Source: Polynucleobacter necessarius (GTDB lineage: Bacteria; Pseudomonadota; Gammaproteobacteria; Burkholderiales; Burkholderiaceae). From it: DNA of 32,000 bases. A program made the translations under genes and the position numbers. The first letter of the stretch is position 1. The number at the start of each line of letters is the position of its first letter. The DNA lies in assembly GCF_900095195.1 (NCBI RefSeq), contig NZ_LT606950.1, positions 1,191,946-1,223,945 of the forward strand. The letters run 5' to 3'. The notes under the pieces are model-generated. The model had not been told where the DNA came from, did not search any database, and saw only the letters and a list, made by a program, of their open reading frames with translations. Shown here one piece after another: positions 1 through 9,114 of this stretch.

Positions 1-377
1 AAGCTTGGTTGCAGGCAAACGCAAGATGGCGCCTAGCAGCCCAGACTTAGATCGGCAGTGACATCCCACCATGACATTTTCCAAAACAGACATTTCACCA
101 AAGAGGCGAATGTTTTGAAATGTCCTGGCCAGACCAGATTTAGTCACCTCGGATACGGATTCCGGAAAATAGGGCTTTCCATCAAACAAAAAACTCCAGA
201 GTCTGCTAGATATCAGCCAGTGATAACGTTAAAAAACGTCGTTTTACCAGCACAATTCGGGCCAATCAACCCAACAATCGAATCATGGGGAACTTCCAAC
301 CCAACAGAATCTAGGGCCTGCACTTCACCAAACCGTTTTGATACATCGGTGACGTCAAGCAAGGGTTTTGAGGGCAT
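1..377 (-). pseudogene. livG: LivG-like branched-chain amino acid ABC transporter ATPase, 5' portion, frameshifted (continues beyond window start)
   Basis: A minus-strand ATG at 377 is preceded by AGGAGG. It reads MPSKPLLDVTDVSKRFGEVQALDSVGLEV..GLIGPNCAGKTTFFNVITG (Walker A), then TGA at 213-215. The expected continuation FLFDGKPYFPESVSEVTKSGLARTFQNIRLFGEMSVLENVMVG is readable only in another minus-strand frame (1 to ~205). Confidence 0.8.
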
Positions 378-767
378 CTTAATCACCCCTCCTTTGCCAA
401 ATACCCCCAGGGCGATACAGCATATCAGAATTAGGGCTAAGCCATAAATTAATTGGCGAATCACTTCAACATCCACAATCACATGCCCAAAGAGTGCACG
501 CTGAATCGGTTCAGCAACGCTACGTAAAATCTCTGGAAATACTGCTAAAACTACTGCGCCTAAAATCACACTTGGAATATGGCCAATACCGCCAAGTACT
601 ACCATTGCCAAAACAACAATGGATTCCCAGAGGGTGAACGATTCTGGTGACACAAATCCTTGAAACGCAGAAAATAGCACCCCAGAAACACCCGCAAAGG
701 ATGCGCCAATTGCAAAGGCCAGTAACTTCATATTTCGGGTATTAATTCCCATCGCTTTTGCGGCGCC
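378..767 (-). pseudogene. livM: LivM-like ABC permease remnant (C-terminal third only, tail frameshifted)
   Basis: The minus strand reads ..AAKAMGINTRNMKLLAFAIGASFAGVSGVLFSAFQGFVSPESF..VLAMVVLGGIGHIP... Homology starts abruptly about 12 nt after the livK stop. The family-like C-terminus MLYRPGGIWQRRGD-TAA sits in a different frame (~380-430). This explains the chimeric livM'-livG' ORF at 213-752 in the track. Confidence 0.75.
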
Positions 768-780
768 CCTTTGATGTTAT

Positions 781-1933
781 TTACATATTGATAACGTCTA
801 GAACCGTTTTTTCTTGTCCTTGAAGTCGTATAAAGTAATAACGCCCTATTTCATATCACCCTTGCTATCAAAAGCAATATTGCCAATCAAACCATTCATT
901 TTGGTTTCCGGCATTACTACCAAAACCTTTGTTGGATCGGTAGAGTTGGCACGTTTCATAGCATCAACTAAAACGTAAACAGCGTCGTATGTAAATGGCG
1001 CATAAATTTGTACATCCGCATTAAAACGCTCTTTGTAACGCTTCTGAAATTCAGCCCCTTAATAAGCCATCTTAGAGAGTGCTTTACCAGCCTCAGAGCA
1101 AGTGACATTCACTACAAGCATCATCCGCGAGTTCGGCCAACTTTTCGGTGCACATTCCGTCGCCACCGACAATCTTAGACTTAATACCCAACTCAGCTGC
1201 TTGTTTAGTTAGCGGGCCACCAGTAGCATCCATACCGCCATACATGATGACATCCGGCTTGTGCTACCTTTGATCTTCGTCAGAATAGCTTTGAAATCCG
1301 TTGCTTTGTTGTTACTTGCTTCGCGTGTCACCACTTTAACGCCAGCAGCCTTGACGGTCTTTTCAAATTCATCCGCTAAACCTTTACCGTACTGAGTCGA
1401 GTCATCAATAACGGCCACCGTTTTGGCTTTCAATGTCTTGGCAACATAATCGCCCAATGCTGGGCCTTGTTGCGCATCGGTTGCCACTAAACGATAGGTC
1501 GTTTTAAAACCTTGCTTGGTGTAATCTGGATTAGTAGCAGATGGAGAAATCTGGGTAATGCCTGCGTCACTATAAATTTTTGAGGCAGGGATACCGGTAC
1601 CAGAGTTCAAGTGGCCAACAACGCCTACCACCTTTGCATCCACTAATTTTTGAGCGACTTGTGTTGTCGTTTTAGGATCTTCGGCATCATCTTCTGGAAC
1701 CAAGGTAAGAACCACTTTTTTACCATCAATCGTTAAACCTGCTTTATTAATCTCTTCGAGTGCTAATTTTCATTAGCCTTACCTAAGTGAGCGATTGGAC
1801 CTGTCAATGGGGCGACGTGCCCAATTTTGACTTCGACGCCATCTGCCGAAGCGGCATTATCGCCACCTTTACCGCAACCAGTCATGATTAACGCCACTGC
1901 GGACATAGCGATAGCACTCTTCACAACCTTCAT
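781..1933 (-). pseudogene. livK: LivK-like periplasmic Leu/Ile/Val-binding lipoprotein, multiply disrupted
   Basis: ATG at 1933 gives a lipoprotein signal MKVVKSAIAMSAVALIMTGCGK, followed by VKIGHVAPLTGPIAHLGKANEN-stop. The continuation ALEEINKAGLTIDGKKVVLTLVPEDD.. is in another frame (shift ~1765). There are further shifts at ~1263 (GS|KPDVIMYGGMDATGGPL) and ~1135, and in-frame TAA at 1059-1061 and TAG at 846-848. The C-terminus ..VITLYDFKDKKKTVLDVINM ends at 781. Confidence 0.85.
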
Positions 1934-1982
1934 TTTTGACGCCCTTGCATGAATCGTCTGCAGCTCCTTTGTTATGAATATT

Positions 1983-2924
1983 TCAGTCAACTAAATTTTT
2001 AGGTAGCGAGAAAGTAACATCCTCCACTACACCCGATAAGGTGCGCACACTGCGCGGCCCAAACTCTTGAATCTTCTTCACAATCGATTGCGCCAAACTC
2101 TCAGGGGCAGAAGCGCCAGCCGTTAAACCTCCCCGTTTTTTACCAACGAACCATTCTGGCTTGAGCTGCTCGGGCGCATCCACCATGTAAGACGGAACGC
2201 CCAACTTTTCCGATAATTCACGCAAACGATTCGAGTTCGAGCTAGTCGCACTTCCCACCACAATAACGACTTCTACTTGTGGCGCCATGAATTTCACCGC
2301 ATCTTGACGATTTTGAGTGGCGTAACAAATATCTTGTTTGCGCGGTTGAACAATTTTGGGAAATTTTTTAGTGAGCGCCTCTACGATTTCTTTTGTTTCA
2401 TCAACGGATAACGTAGTTTGCGTCACAAAAGCAATTTTTTCATCGGCAGAAAAAGGAAGGTCTGCAATATCGTTGACATTTTCGATTAAGAAAATGCCTT
2501 CTTTAACCTGGCCCATGGTTCCCTCGACTTCGGGATGCCCAGCATGCCCGATCATCAGTACTGTAAAACCCTCTTTACACATCTTGACAACCTCAAGATG
2601 TACCTTGGTTACCAACGGACAAGTTGCGTCATACACCTGTAAGCCACGTTGTTCGGCATCTTTGCGCACCTCTTGAGAAACGCCATGAGCACTAAATACA
2701 ACAATTCCACCTTTGGGAACCTCATCAAGCTCCTCTACAAATATGGCGCCTTTATTACGCAATTCATTAACAACATAAGCGTTATGCACAATTTCATGAC
2801 GCACATAAATTGGTGCTCCGAAGCGCGACAAAGCTTCATTCACAATATTGATCGCTCGATCAACCCCCGCACAAAAGCCGCGGGGCTGCGCCATCAAAAT
2901 TTCAGGGGTATCTGTAATACTCAT
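1983..2924 (-). CDS. ispH: 4-hydroxy-3-methylbut-2-enyl diphosphate reductase
   Basis: An intact 313-aa ORF with the typical IspH/LytB sequence: PRGFCAGVDRAI, VRHEIVHN, ATCPLVTKVH, SSNSNRL. Confidence 0.95.
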   Translation of the reverse strand: MSITDTPEILMAQPRGFCAGVDRAINIVNEALSRFGAPIYVRHEIVHNAYVVNELRNKGAIFVEELDEVPKGGIVVFSAHGVSQEVRKDAEQRGLQVYDATCPLVTKVHLEVVKMCKEGFTVLMIGHAGHPEVEGTMGQVKEGIFLIENVNDIADLPFSADEKIAFVTQTTLSVDETKEIVEALTKKFPKIVQPRKQDICYATQNRQDAVKFMAPQVEVVIVVGSATSSNSNRLRELSEKLGVPSYMVDAPEQLKPEWFVGKKRGGLTAGASAPESLAQSIVKKIQEFGPRSVRTLSGVVEDVTFSLPKNLVD

Positions 2925-2927
2925 GCT

Positions 2928-3374
2928 TTAGAGAATGGCAACAATTTGCGCTTCAAACGTCACTTCACGACCGGCCAGCGGATGATTGAAATCGAACCAT
3001 GCGCCCTCTTCATTAATCGATTGCAACACTCCAGCATATTGCGCGCCACCAGGCGCATTAAATTCAATCACATTGCCGGGATTAAATTCCACGTCATCAT
3101 CGCGACGTTCTTTGAGCACCTTCAGTGAAACCCACTGAACAAAATCTTCCTTGCGCTCACCAAAACTTTCTTCGGGTTTTAAGAGGGCAGTTTTTTTATC
3201 ACCTACACCCAGACCTAACAATACTTTTTCAAAGCAAGGTGCAAATTGTCCAGACCCCATCAAAACCGTCGCAGGCCGATCAACAAACGTATTGATGTAA
3301 TCATCCCCGTTCGGGAGGGTGAGTCGATAGTTCAGGGTCAAATAAGAGTTTGGCAAAACAGTAAGCTTAGTCAC
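2928..3374 (-). CDS. fkpB: FKBP-type peptidyl-prolyl cis-trans isomerase (FkpB/SlpA-like)
   Basis: ..LTLNYRLTLPNGDD..LLGLGVGDKK..FDFNHPLAGREVTFEAQIVAIL lies directly upstream of ispH, as in the E. coli fkpB-ispH pair. The probable GTG start at 3374 gives 148 aa; the ORF track extends to 3467, so the start is uncertain. Confidence 0.85.
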   Translation of the reverse strand: MTKLTVLPNSYLTLNYRLTLPNGDDYINTFVDRPATVLMGSGQFAPCFEKVLLGLGVGDKKTALLKPEESFGERKEDFVQWVSLKVLKERRDDDVEFNPGNVIEFNAPGGAQYAGVLQSINEEGAWFDFNHPLAGREVTFEAQIVAIL

Positions 3375-3381
3375 AAAGTAA

Positions 3382-4089
3382 TTGTATCTAACCCTGCGCC
3401 TCAAGAGGATTCGCCGATACCCTTTTGGCCAAAAAGTGATCGGCCTAGAGAAAAACTTCGCTTGCATGGCGCAAGATGCCCGACCGATGCCGAACTGGTC
3501 GCAATTTTTTTACGGGTTGGCAAGTGCAGTAGCGCTAGCGAAGGATTTACTCCACCACTACGGGAGCCTTCCTCGTCTTATGGCAAGCAGCCCTGCGGAA
3601 TTTACCCGAATTCACGGCATGGGCCTCTCAAAATGGTCACAAATTCAGACGGCATATGGGCTCGTCAAACGCAGTCTTGAGGACACTCTGTCGCAAAACT
3701 CGATTTTTTCGTCCTCCGGACACGTAAAAGAGTTTTTGCAAGCCAAAATTGGTGGCTTACCCCATGAGGTATTTGTATGCCTACACCTGGATTCCAACTT
3801 ACATCTCATTGAGTGCCAGGAGCTGTTTAGGGGGTCCATTACGCAGACAGCAGTCTATCCACGGGAGGTGCTTAAGGAAGCGCTCTCCCGAAATGCGAGT
3901 GCGATCATCGTTGCTCACAATCACCCCAGCGGCAACCCTCTACCCAGCAAGACCGACCAAACATTGAATAAAACTCTGGCAAAAGCCCTGCAATTAGTGG
4001 ACATCCCCCTTTTGGACCACTGCATCGTCAGTAGCAGAGGATTCTTCTCGTTTTCTGAGTCGGGGATTATGAATGTTGAAGAAAATTGA
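3382..4089 (+). pseudogene. radC: RadC-family JAB/MPN-domain protein, probably frameshifted near the 5' end
   Basis: The body frame (3382-4089) carries SAVALAKDLLHHYGSLPRL..FTRIHGMGLSKW..HEVFVCLHLDS..IIVAHNHPSGNPLPSKTDQ. The conserved RadC N-terminus WPKSDRPREKLRLHGARCPTDAELVAIFLRVG is encoded at ~3412-3520 in a different + frame. A 5'-truncated product from ATG 3466 remains possible. Confidence 0.6.
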
Positions 4090-4127
4090 TAGTAGTTACT
4101 AACTTATAGAGAAAATTGGGTCAGGAT

Positions 4128-4150
4128 TGCCTAAATATTAGGCATTTTAT
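4128..4150 (+). terminator. Weak candidate rho-independent terminator after radC
   Basis: tgccta-aatat-taggca hairpin followed by ttttatt. The stem is short and AT-rich. Confidence 0.3.
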
Positions 4151-4244
4151 TGGGCTCCTCACTGACCAAAAATCCAATAAGGACTAGCCCAAAATAAGCT
4201 TTGACTGATACAATTTTCTTTTTTCACAATTAATGGAGTTAGTC

Positions 4245-4478
4245 ATGGCGAAAGTTTGCCAAGTCACTGGGAAGAAGCCGATGGTTGGCAACAACGTTTC
4301 CCATGCAAACAATAAAACCAAGCGTCGCTTTTTGCCGAATCTGCAAAATCGTCGTTTTTGGGTTGAATCTGAAAACCGTTGGGTTAGCCTGCGCTTAACC
4401 AACGCTGGTTTGCGCGTTATCGACAAAAATGGCATCGATGCTGTTTTGTCTGATCTCCGTGCTCGTGGCGAAATTTAA
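4245..4478 (+). CDS. rpmB: 50S ribosomal protein L28
   Basis: [34 protein letters not shown].., with GGAG 7 nt upstream of ATG 4245. The ORF track's upstream ATG at 4233 is less likely. Confidence 0.95.
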   Translation: MAKVCQVTGKKPMVGNNVSHANNKTKRRFLPNLQNRRFWVESENRWVSLRLTNAGLRVIDKNGIDAVLSDLRARGEI

Positions 4479-4489
4479 GGAGCGCACGA

Positions 4490-4657
4490 ATGGCTAAAGG
4501 CGGCAGAGAAAAAATTAAATTAGAGTCATCAGCTGGTACTGGTCACTTCTACACAACTTCAAAAAATAAGCGCACTAAACCTGAAAAAATGGAGATCATG
4601 AAATTTGATCCAACCATTCGTAAGCACGTTGCTTATAAAGAAACTAAGCTGAAGTAA
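4490..4657 (+). CDS. rpmG: 50S ribosomal protein L33
   Basis: Hand-translated 55-aa ORF, below the ORF-track cutoff: [61 protein letters not shown] lies upstream, and it immediately follows rpmB. Confidence 0.95.
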   Translation: MAKGGREKIKLESSAGTGHFYTTSKNKRTKPEKMEIMKFDPTIRKHVAYKETKLK

Positions 4658-4672
4658 ATACTTCTAGCAAAT

Positions 4673-4700
4673 AAAAAACCCGCTAATTAGCGGGTTTTTT
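4673..4700. terminator. Bidirectional rho-independent terminator between rpmG and the convergent desaturase gene
   Basis: aaaaaa-acccgct-aatt-agcgggt-tttttt. A GC-rich 7-bp stem is flanked by an A-run and a T-run, so it is usable on both strands. Confidence 0.8.
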
Positions 4701-4719
4701 ATTTGCCCATATTTTCGAA

Positions 4720-5919
4720 TCAAGCGTATCGACGCAATCTCAATGAGAATTCACGCAAGCTAGCTAAGCCACTATCTTCTGCGCGTTGACACCAAGCATG
4801 CAGTTGAGAAACCAACTGCTCTCTTGTAGCGCTGGAGCGTCCCCAGATTGCCTGCAGATCACGGCGCATCTCAATCATCTTATGCAACTGCGCATTACTG
4901 GCCATTAGCTCTTCCAGCTTTGCTCTCTCGCCTTCTGTCAAACGCGACTCATCTTTGGATAACCAAGTACGGGCGTCGCTTAAATGGGCCGCCAGTACTT
5001 GCATATGCTGTACTTCGTTGTTGAAGAAATTGCGCAATGTTTTGCTATAGCGCGCCATGATTTCATAACGATTCGCAATGATGGCCTCCAATGTATTTTG
5101 ATCTGCAGGGCGCAGATCATTCAATACAGGTTTTGGCGAAGTCTTTTTCACGGTTGCTAAACCTACAGCACTCATCATCTGAATGTAGAGCCAACCAATA
5201 TCAAACTCGTACCATTTATTGGAGAGTTTCGCGCTGGTTGCAAAGGTGTGGTGATTGTTGTGCAACTCTTCACCGCCAATCAAAATACCCCAAGGCAGAA
5301 TATTGGTGGAAGCATCCTCGCAATCAAAATTGCGATAGCCCCAAAAGTGTCCAATCCCATTGATGACGCCAGCAGCGGTAATCGGAATCCACAACATTTG
5401 CACAGCCCAAACCGTCAAACCAATCGCACCAAATAAAAATACATCGATGATGAGCATGATGGCCACACCCTGCCAAGAAAACTTAGAGTAAATATTGCGC
5501 TCAAGCCAATCATCCGGCGTGCCGTGACCATACTTCTCTAACGTTTCTTGATTCTTCGCTTCCTTTTTGTAAAGCTCGGCGCCTCGGGACAGAACAGTGC
5601 TAATCCCTAGAATCTGTGGGCTATGTGGATCCTCAACAGTTTCGCACTTAGCGTGATGCTTGCGGTGAATCGACGCCCATTCTTTAGTAACCATGCCAGT
5701 GGTTAGCCAGAGCCATAAACGGAAGAAATGGGAGGCAATAGGATGGAGATCGAGAGCGCGATGGGCTTGGCAACGATGTAGAAAAATTGTCACGGAAGCG
5801 ATGGTGATGTGTGTCGCACCGAGGGTGAATAAGGTGATCTGCCACCATGACCAATCTAAATAACCATTAGCCAACCAATTGAGGAATAAATCGAAACCAG
5901 AGCTTGAAACCGTATTCAA
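4720..5919 (-). CDS. Membrane fatty-acid (acyl-lipid/acyl-CoA delta-9 type) desaturase with helical C-terminal extension
   Basis: A 399-aa ORF with histidine boxes HRCQAH, HRKHHAKCETVEDPHSP and HNNHH, plus hydrophobic segments. Confidence 0.85.
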   Translation of the reverse strand: MNTVSSSGFDLFLNWLANGYLDWSWWQITLFTLGATHITIASVTIFLHRCQAHRALDLHPIASHFFRLWLWLTTGMVTKEWASIHRKHHAKCETVEDPHSPQILGISTVLSRGAELYKKEAKNQETLEKYGHGTPDDWLERNIYSKFSWQGVAIMLIIDVFLFGAIGLTVWAVQMLWIPITAAGVINGIGHFWGYRNFDCEDASTNILPWGILIGGEELHNNHHTFATSAKLSNKWYEFDIGWLYIQMMSAVGLATVKKTSPKPVLNDLRPADQNTLEAIIANRYEIMARYSKTLRNFFNNEVQHMQVLAAHLSDARTWLSKDESRLTEGERAKLEELMASNAQLHKMIEMRRDLQAIWGRSSATREQLVSQLHAWCQRAEDSGLASLREFSLRLRRYA

Positions 5920-6010
5920 AATAGCGTCCTATTGAAGTATTAGTTTCTATTTTAGAGCTTTTTAGGTCTTTTGGGGATTATCTTTCGTTATCTCTGTGGT
6001 TTTAGGTTTT

Positions 6011-7507
6011 TCAGAGGGCTCTAATTTGCTGCTTTTTTTTCTGAAAAATTGCCCCAAAAAACCCATCTGTTCGATGTATGTGTGGCCATAACTGCCACCA
6101 TGGAGTATCCGCAGAGCAACCTAAAGGTAATTTATCCTTTGGAAACAATGGCTTAAGAACATCTGCCGCAGGAATAGCCTCAAATTCTGGGTGCGTTTCT
6201 AGAAATTTCTCAGCAATGGCTTGATTTTCTTCAGGCAAAAGACTGCAGGTGGCATAAACCAAGCGGCCTCCCGGCTTTAGCAAGCGGACTGCCGAACTCA
6301 AAATACTCATCTGCTTCTGGTTAAGCTCTGACACTCCTTCTGGTGTCTGGCGCCACTTTAAGTCAGGGTTACGACGCAATGTACCCATTCCACTACAAGG
6401 GGCATCAACGAGGACGCGATCTATCTTACCGGCCAACCGTTTGATCTTGGCATCATTTTCACTATCAATCCAAACAGGATGAACGTTAGATAAGCCACTG
6501 CGGGCTTGTCGCGGCTTTAAATTGGCTAGGCGACGCTCCGAGGTATCAAAGGCATACAGTCGGCCTGTCGATCGCATTAAAGCCCCGATGGCTAATGTTT
6601 TACCGCCGGCGCCTGCGCAAAAATCAACCACCATCTCGCCATGCTTAGGCGCAAGTAGATACGCCAAAAGTTGACTACCCTCATCTTGCACTTCAAACAG
6701 ACCGGATTTAAACGCAGCGGTATTTTGCAACGCTGGCTTGCCCATGATGCGCACGCCATCTGGTGCATAGGGAGTCGGAACAGCCTGATAGCGACCTCCA
6801 AGCGCATTCATTTGCGCAAGCAACTCGTCACGATTAGTTTTCATAGTGTTTGCACGCAAATCCAAGAGTGCTGGATGCATTAATGATTTTGCGAGATCTT
6901 CGCGCGCTTCTTCGCCGGGATATTTTCCAAATGCGTCCCATAACCATTCCGGCAAATTGTTGCGAACCAAAGCATTTAATGCAGCTGGATCCACTGTTGA
7001 TACACGTTGCAACCACTCATATTCACCCGGCTTAAGAACGTGCGCCAAATCGGCAATCGCACTCTCCGCGCGATTGCCCGAACCCAGTCCGCCCTCCGAT
7101 AAAGCAGACAGCAAACCCAATAGGGGTAAGCGTCTAGCTTGGGATCCCACACCACTAGCCGCAAATTGCGAGAACTCATTTTTACGACGCAAGATGGCAA
7201 AAGCACTCTCGGCTATTAAGGCGCGATCGCGATTACCAAGTTGTGGCTCGGATCGAAAATATCGGCTCACTACTCGATCAGCTGGCTGATCAAAGCGCAG
7301 CAACTCTGGAAGCAAACGCTCCAAATGAATCGCGTGTTGCGGCAATGCCTTTGCATTCGAGAAACCTTTTTGACCATCCGGCGCAATGAGATTACCGCTA
7401 GCATTACGACGCTCTGGTCGACGCAGAGGATCCTTGGATTTAGCTGCGTAACTCTTTTGAGAACCCAATCGCTTGTTGGGTTTTTTACTTGGACGATCTG
7501 CACTCAT
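6011..7507 (-). CDS. NOL1/NOP2/Sun-family RNA m5C methyltransferase (RsmB-like)
   Basis: A 498-aa ORF with a basic N-terminus and a SAM-MTase core: VVDFCAGAGGKT, DRVLVDAPCSGMGTLRRNPD, LVYATCSL. Its start overlaps the purN stop (ATGA). Confidence 0.85.
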   Translation of the reverse strand: MSADRPSKKPNKRLGSQKSYAAKSKDPLRRPERRNASGNLIAPDGQKGFSNAKALPQHAIHLERLLPELLRFDQPADRVVSRYFRSEPQLGNRDRALIAESAFAILRRKNEFSQFAASGVGSQARRLPLLGLLSALSEGGLGSGNRAESAIADLAHVLKPGEYEWLQRVSTVDPAALNALVRNNLPEWLWDAFGKYPGEEAREDLAKSLMHPALLDLRANTMKTNRDELLAQMNALGGRYQAVPTPYAPDGVRIMGKPALQNTAAFKSGLFEVQDEGSQLLAYLLAPKHGEMVVDFCAGAGGKTLAIGALMRSTGRLYAFDTSERRLANLKPRQARSGLSNVHPVWIDSENDAKIKRLAGKIDRVLVDAPCSGMGTLRRNPDLKWRQTPEGVSELNQKQMSILSSAVRLLKPGGRLVYATCSLLPEENQAIAEKFLETHPEFEAIPAADVLKPLFPKDKLPLGCSADTPWWQLWPHIHRTDGFFGAIFQKKKQQIRAL

Positions 7508-8133
7508 AGCTTGAAAAATTGCGATTCTGGGGGTTGTAACTTCACGTGATTACCTTCTATTCGCAATCGTCCATCGAGAAACCATTTTATGGCGAAAGGA
7601 TAGATCTGATGCTCCGCCTTTAAAACACGTGCCGCCAAGGAATCAGGATCGTCCCCCGCGAGAACTGATACGGAGGCCTGGCAAATAATCGGACCCTCAT
7701 CCACCCCCTCCGTAACAAAGTGAACGGTTGCCCCATGCTCTTTGACGCCAGCCTCCAAAGCACGCTCATGGGTATGCAAACCCGGAAAAGCCGGAAGCAG
7801 AGCAGGATGAATATTGATCAAGCGACCCTCAAAGTGACGAATGAAGCCCGGCGTCAGAATGCGCATAAACCCCGCCAGCACTACCAAATCAGCGCCTAGG
7901 GCATCAATTTTCTGTATCAGAGCGCCATCAAAAGATTCGCGATTGGGATACCCTTTATGCTCGATAGCGTAGGCCGGAATGCCCTGTGAGCAAGCAAATT
8001 CAAGGCCCTTGGCCGCAGAATGATTTGCAATCACCCCAGCAAATTTGACTGGCCACTGCTCTTTTTGAGCAATTTTTACGATGGTCTCGAAATTAGATCC
8101 GCGGCCTGAGATTAAGGTAACGATAGAAAGCAT
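7504..8133 (-). CDS. purN: Phosphoribosylglycinamide formyltransferase
   Basis: ..[42 protein letters not shown] at 8133; the ORF track's GTG at 8139 is an alternative start. Confidence 0.92.
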   Translation of the reverse strand: MLSIVTLISGRGSNFETIVKIAQKEQWPVKFAGVIANHSAAKGLEFACSQGIPAYAIEHKGYPNRESFDGALIQKIDALGADLVVLAGFMRILTPGFIRHFEGRLINIHPALLPAFPGLHTHERALEAGVKEHGATVHFVTEGVDEGPIICQASVSVLAGDDPDSLAARVLKAEHQIYPFAIKWFLDGRLRIEGNHVKLQPPESQFFKL

Positions 8134-8172
8134 GCCCACAATATAATTGATGGCTACCCTGAAAGCGATTTT

Positions 8173-9114
8173 GTGAACGTATTCCGTGGCCCGACCCAGT
8201 TTTCTGCAGGACCCGCTTGTGCCCTAACCATCGGCAATTTCGATGGCGTGCACAGGGGGCATCGCGCCCTACTGAAGCAATTGGTCGATGGCGCGAAGGG
8301 GTGGGGGCTGGTGAGCTGCGTCATGACTTTTGAGCCCCACCCAAAAGAATTTTTCTCGCCGGAACAAGCGCCGATCCGCATATTGAACTTGCGGGATAAG
8401 TTGGTGGCTCTAGCAGATCTTGGAATTGATCGCGCAGTGGTTGAGCATTTCAATACCGCCTTCGCAAAACTCTCGCCCGAAGAATTCGTGTCCGAGATTA
8501 TTGTCAAGCGCTTAAATGCTAAATGGATTTTGATTGGTGACGATTTTTGCTATGGCGCAAAACGTGCTGGAAATTTTGCAACCCTCAAAACTGCCGGTGA
8601 AAAATATGGCTTCGAGGTATCCAGCATTCAAACAATCCTAGAAGATGGTGAACGCATCTCCAGTTCTGCACTTCGATCCGCACTAGCAAATGGCGATATG
8701 CAACAGGCTGAAAAATTATTAGGGCGCCCCTATGCGATTTCCGGTCACATGATTCATGGACAGCAACTTGGACGCAAACTCGGATTCCCCACACTCAACC
8801 TAGCCATTGCAAATCACTTACACCATCGCAAACCCGCAACTACTGGAATCTTTACAGCGCAAGTGCTTGGTCTAGGCGACAAACCCTTACCAGCCGTGGC
8901 CAGCCTTGGAGTTCGACCCACAGTAGAGGATGAAGGTCGCGTACTCTTAGAGACTCATATTTTTGATTTTCAGCAAGATGTTTACGGAAAAATTATTACC
9001 GTCGAACTCTTAGAAAAAATTCGTGATGAAGCCAAATACAACGACCTTGATACTTTAACCAAAGCTATTGCAGCCTATGCATTGCACGCCAGAAATTTTT
9101 TCCAGAAAAAGCGT
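8173..9114 (+). CDS. ribF: Bifunctional riboflavin kinase / FMN adenylyltransferase; no stop codon, reads in frame into ileS
   Basis: GTG start. [63 protein letters not shown] and [12 protein letters not shown] give full-length RibF homology (~314 aa). It ends ..ARNFFQKKR directly before the ileS ATG, with no intervening stop. Confidence 0.85.

Noticed and set aside
58-447. 129-aa + strand ORF
   Set aside because: It lies antisense to clear LivG/LivM homology on the minus strand, has low-complexity composition and resembles no family. It is a spurious shadow ORF.
2356-3128. Two + strand ORFs (106 and 159 aa) over ispH/fkpB
   Set aside because: They are antisense to intact, strongly conserved ispH and fkpB. 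They are typical shadow frames.
3246-3411. Upstream part of the 144-aa + ORF 3246-3680
   Set aside because: Only the ~3412-3520 segment matches the RadC N-terminus. The upstream part is antisense read-through of fkpB, and the part downstream of ~3520 is out of frame relative to RadC.
4201-4230. TTGACT-18-CACAAT promoter-like match upstream of rpmB
   Set aside because: The predicted transcription start would fall on the rpmB Shine-Dalgarno sequence (4235-4238), leaving no usable leader, so it is not reported as a feature.
4184-4435. 83-aa minus-strand ORF
   Set aside because: It is antisense to rpmB (L28), which is unambiguous.
6592-7549. Cluster of short ORFs on both strands (e.g. 6846-7289 +, 6976-7206 -)
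   Set aside because: All are nested in or antisense to the 498-aa Sun-family methyltransferase ORF, which carries the SAM-binding motifs.
8154-8507. 117-aa minus ORF, plus several ORFs inside 9655-11816
   Set aside because: They are antisense or out of frame within ribF and ileS, and show no independent signals.
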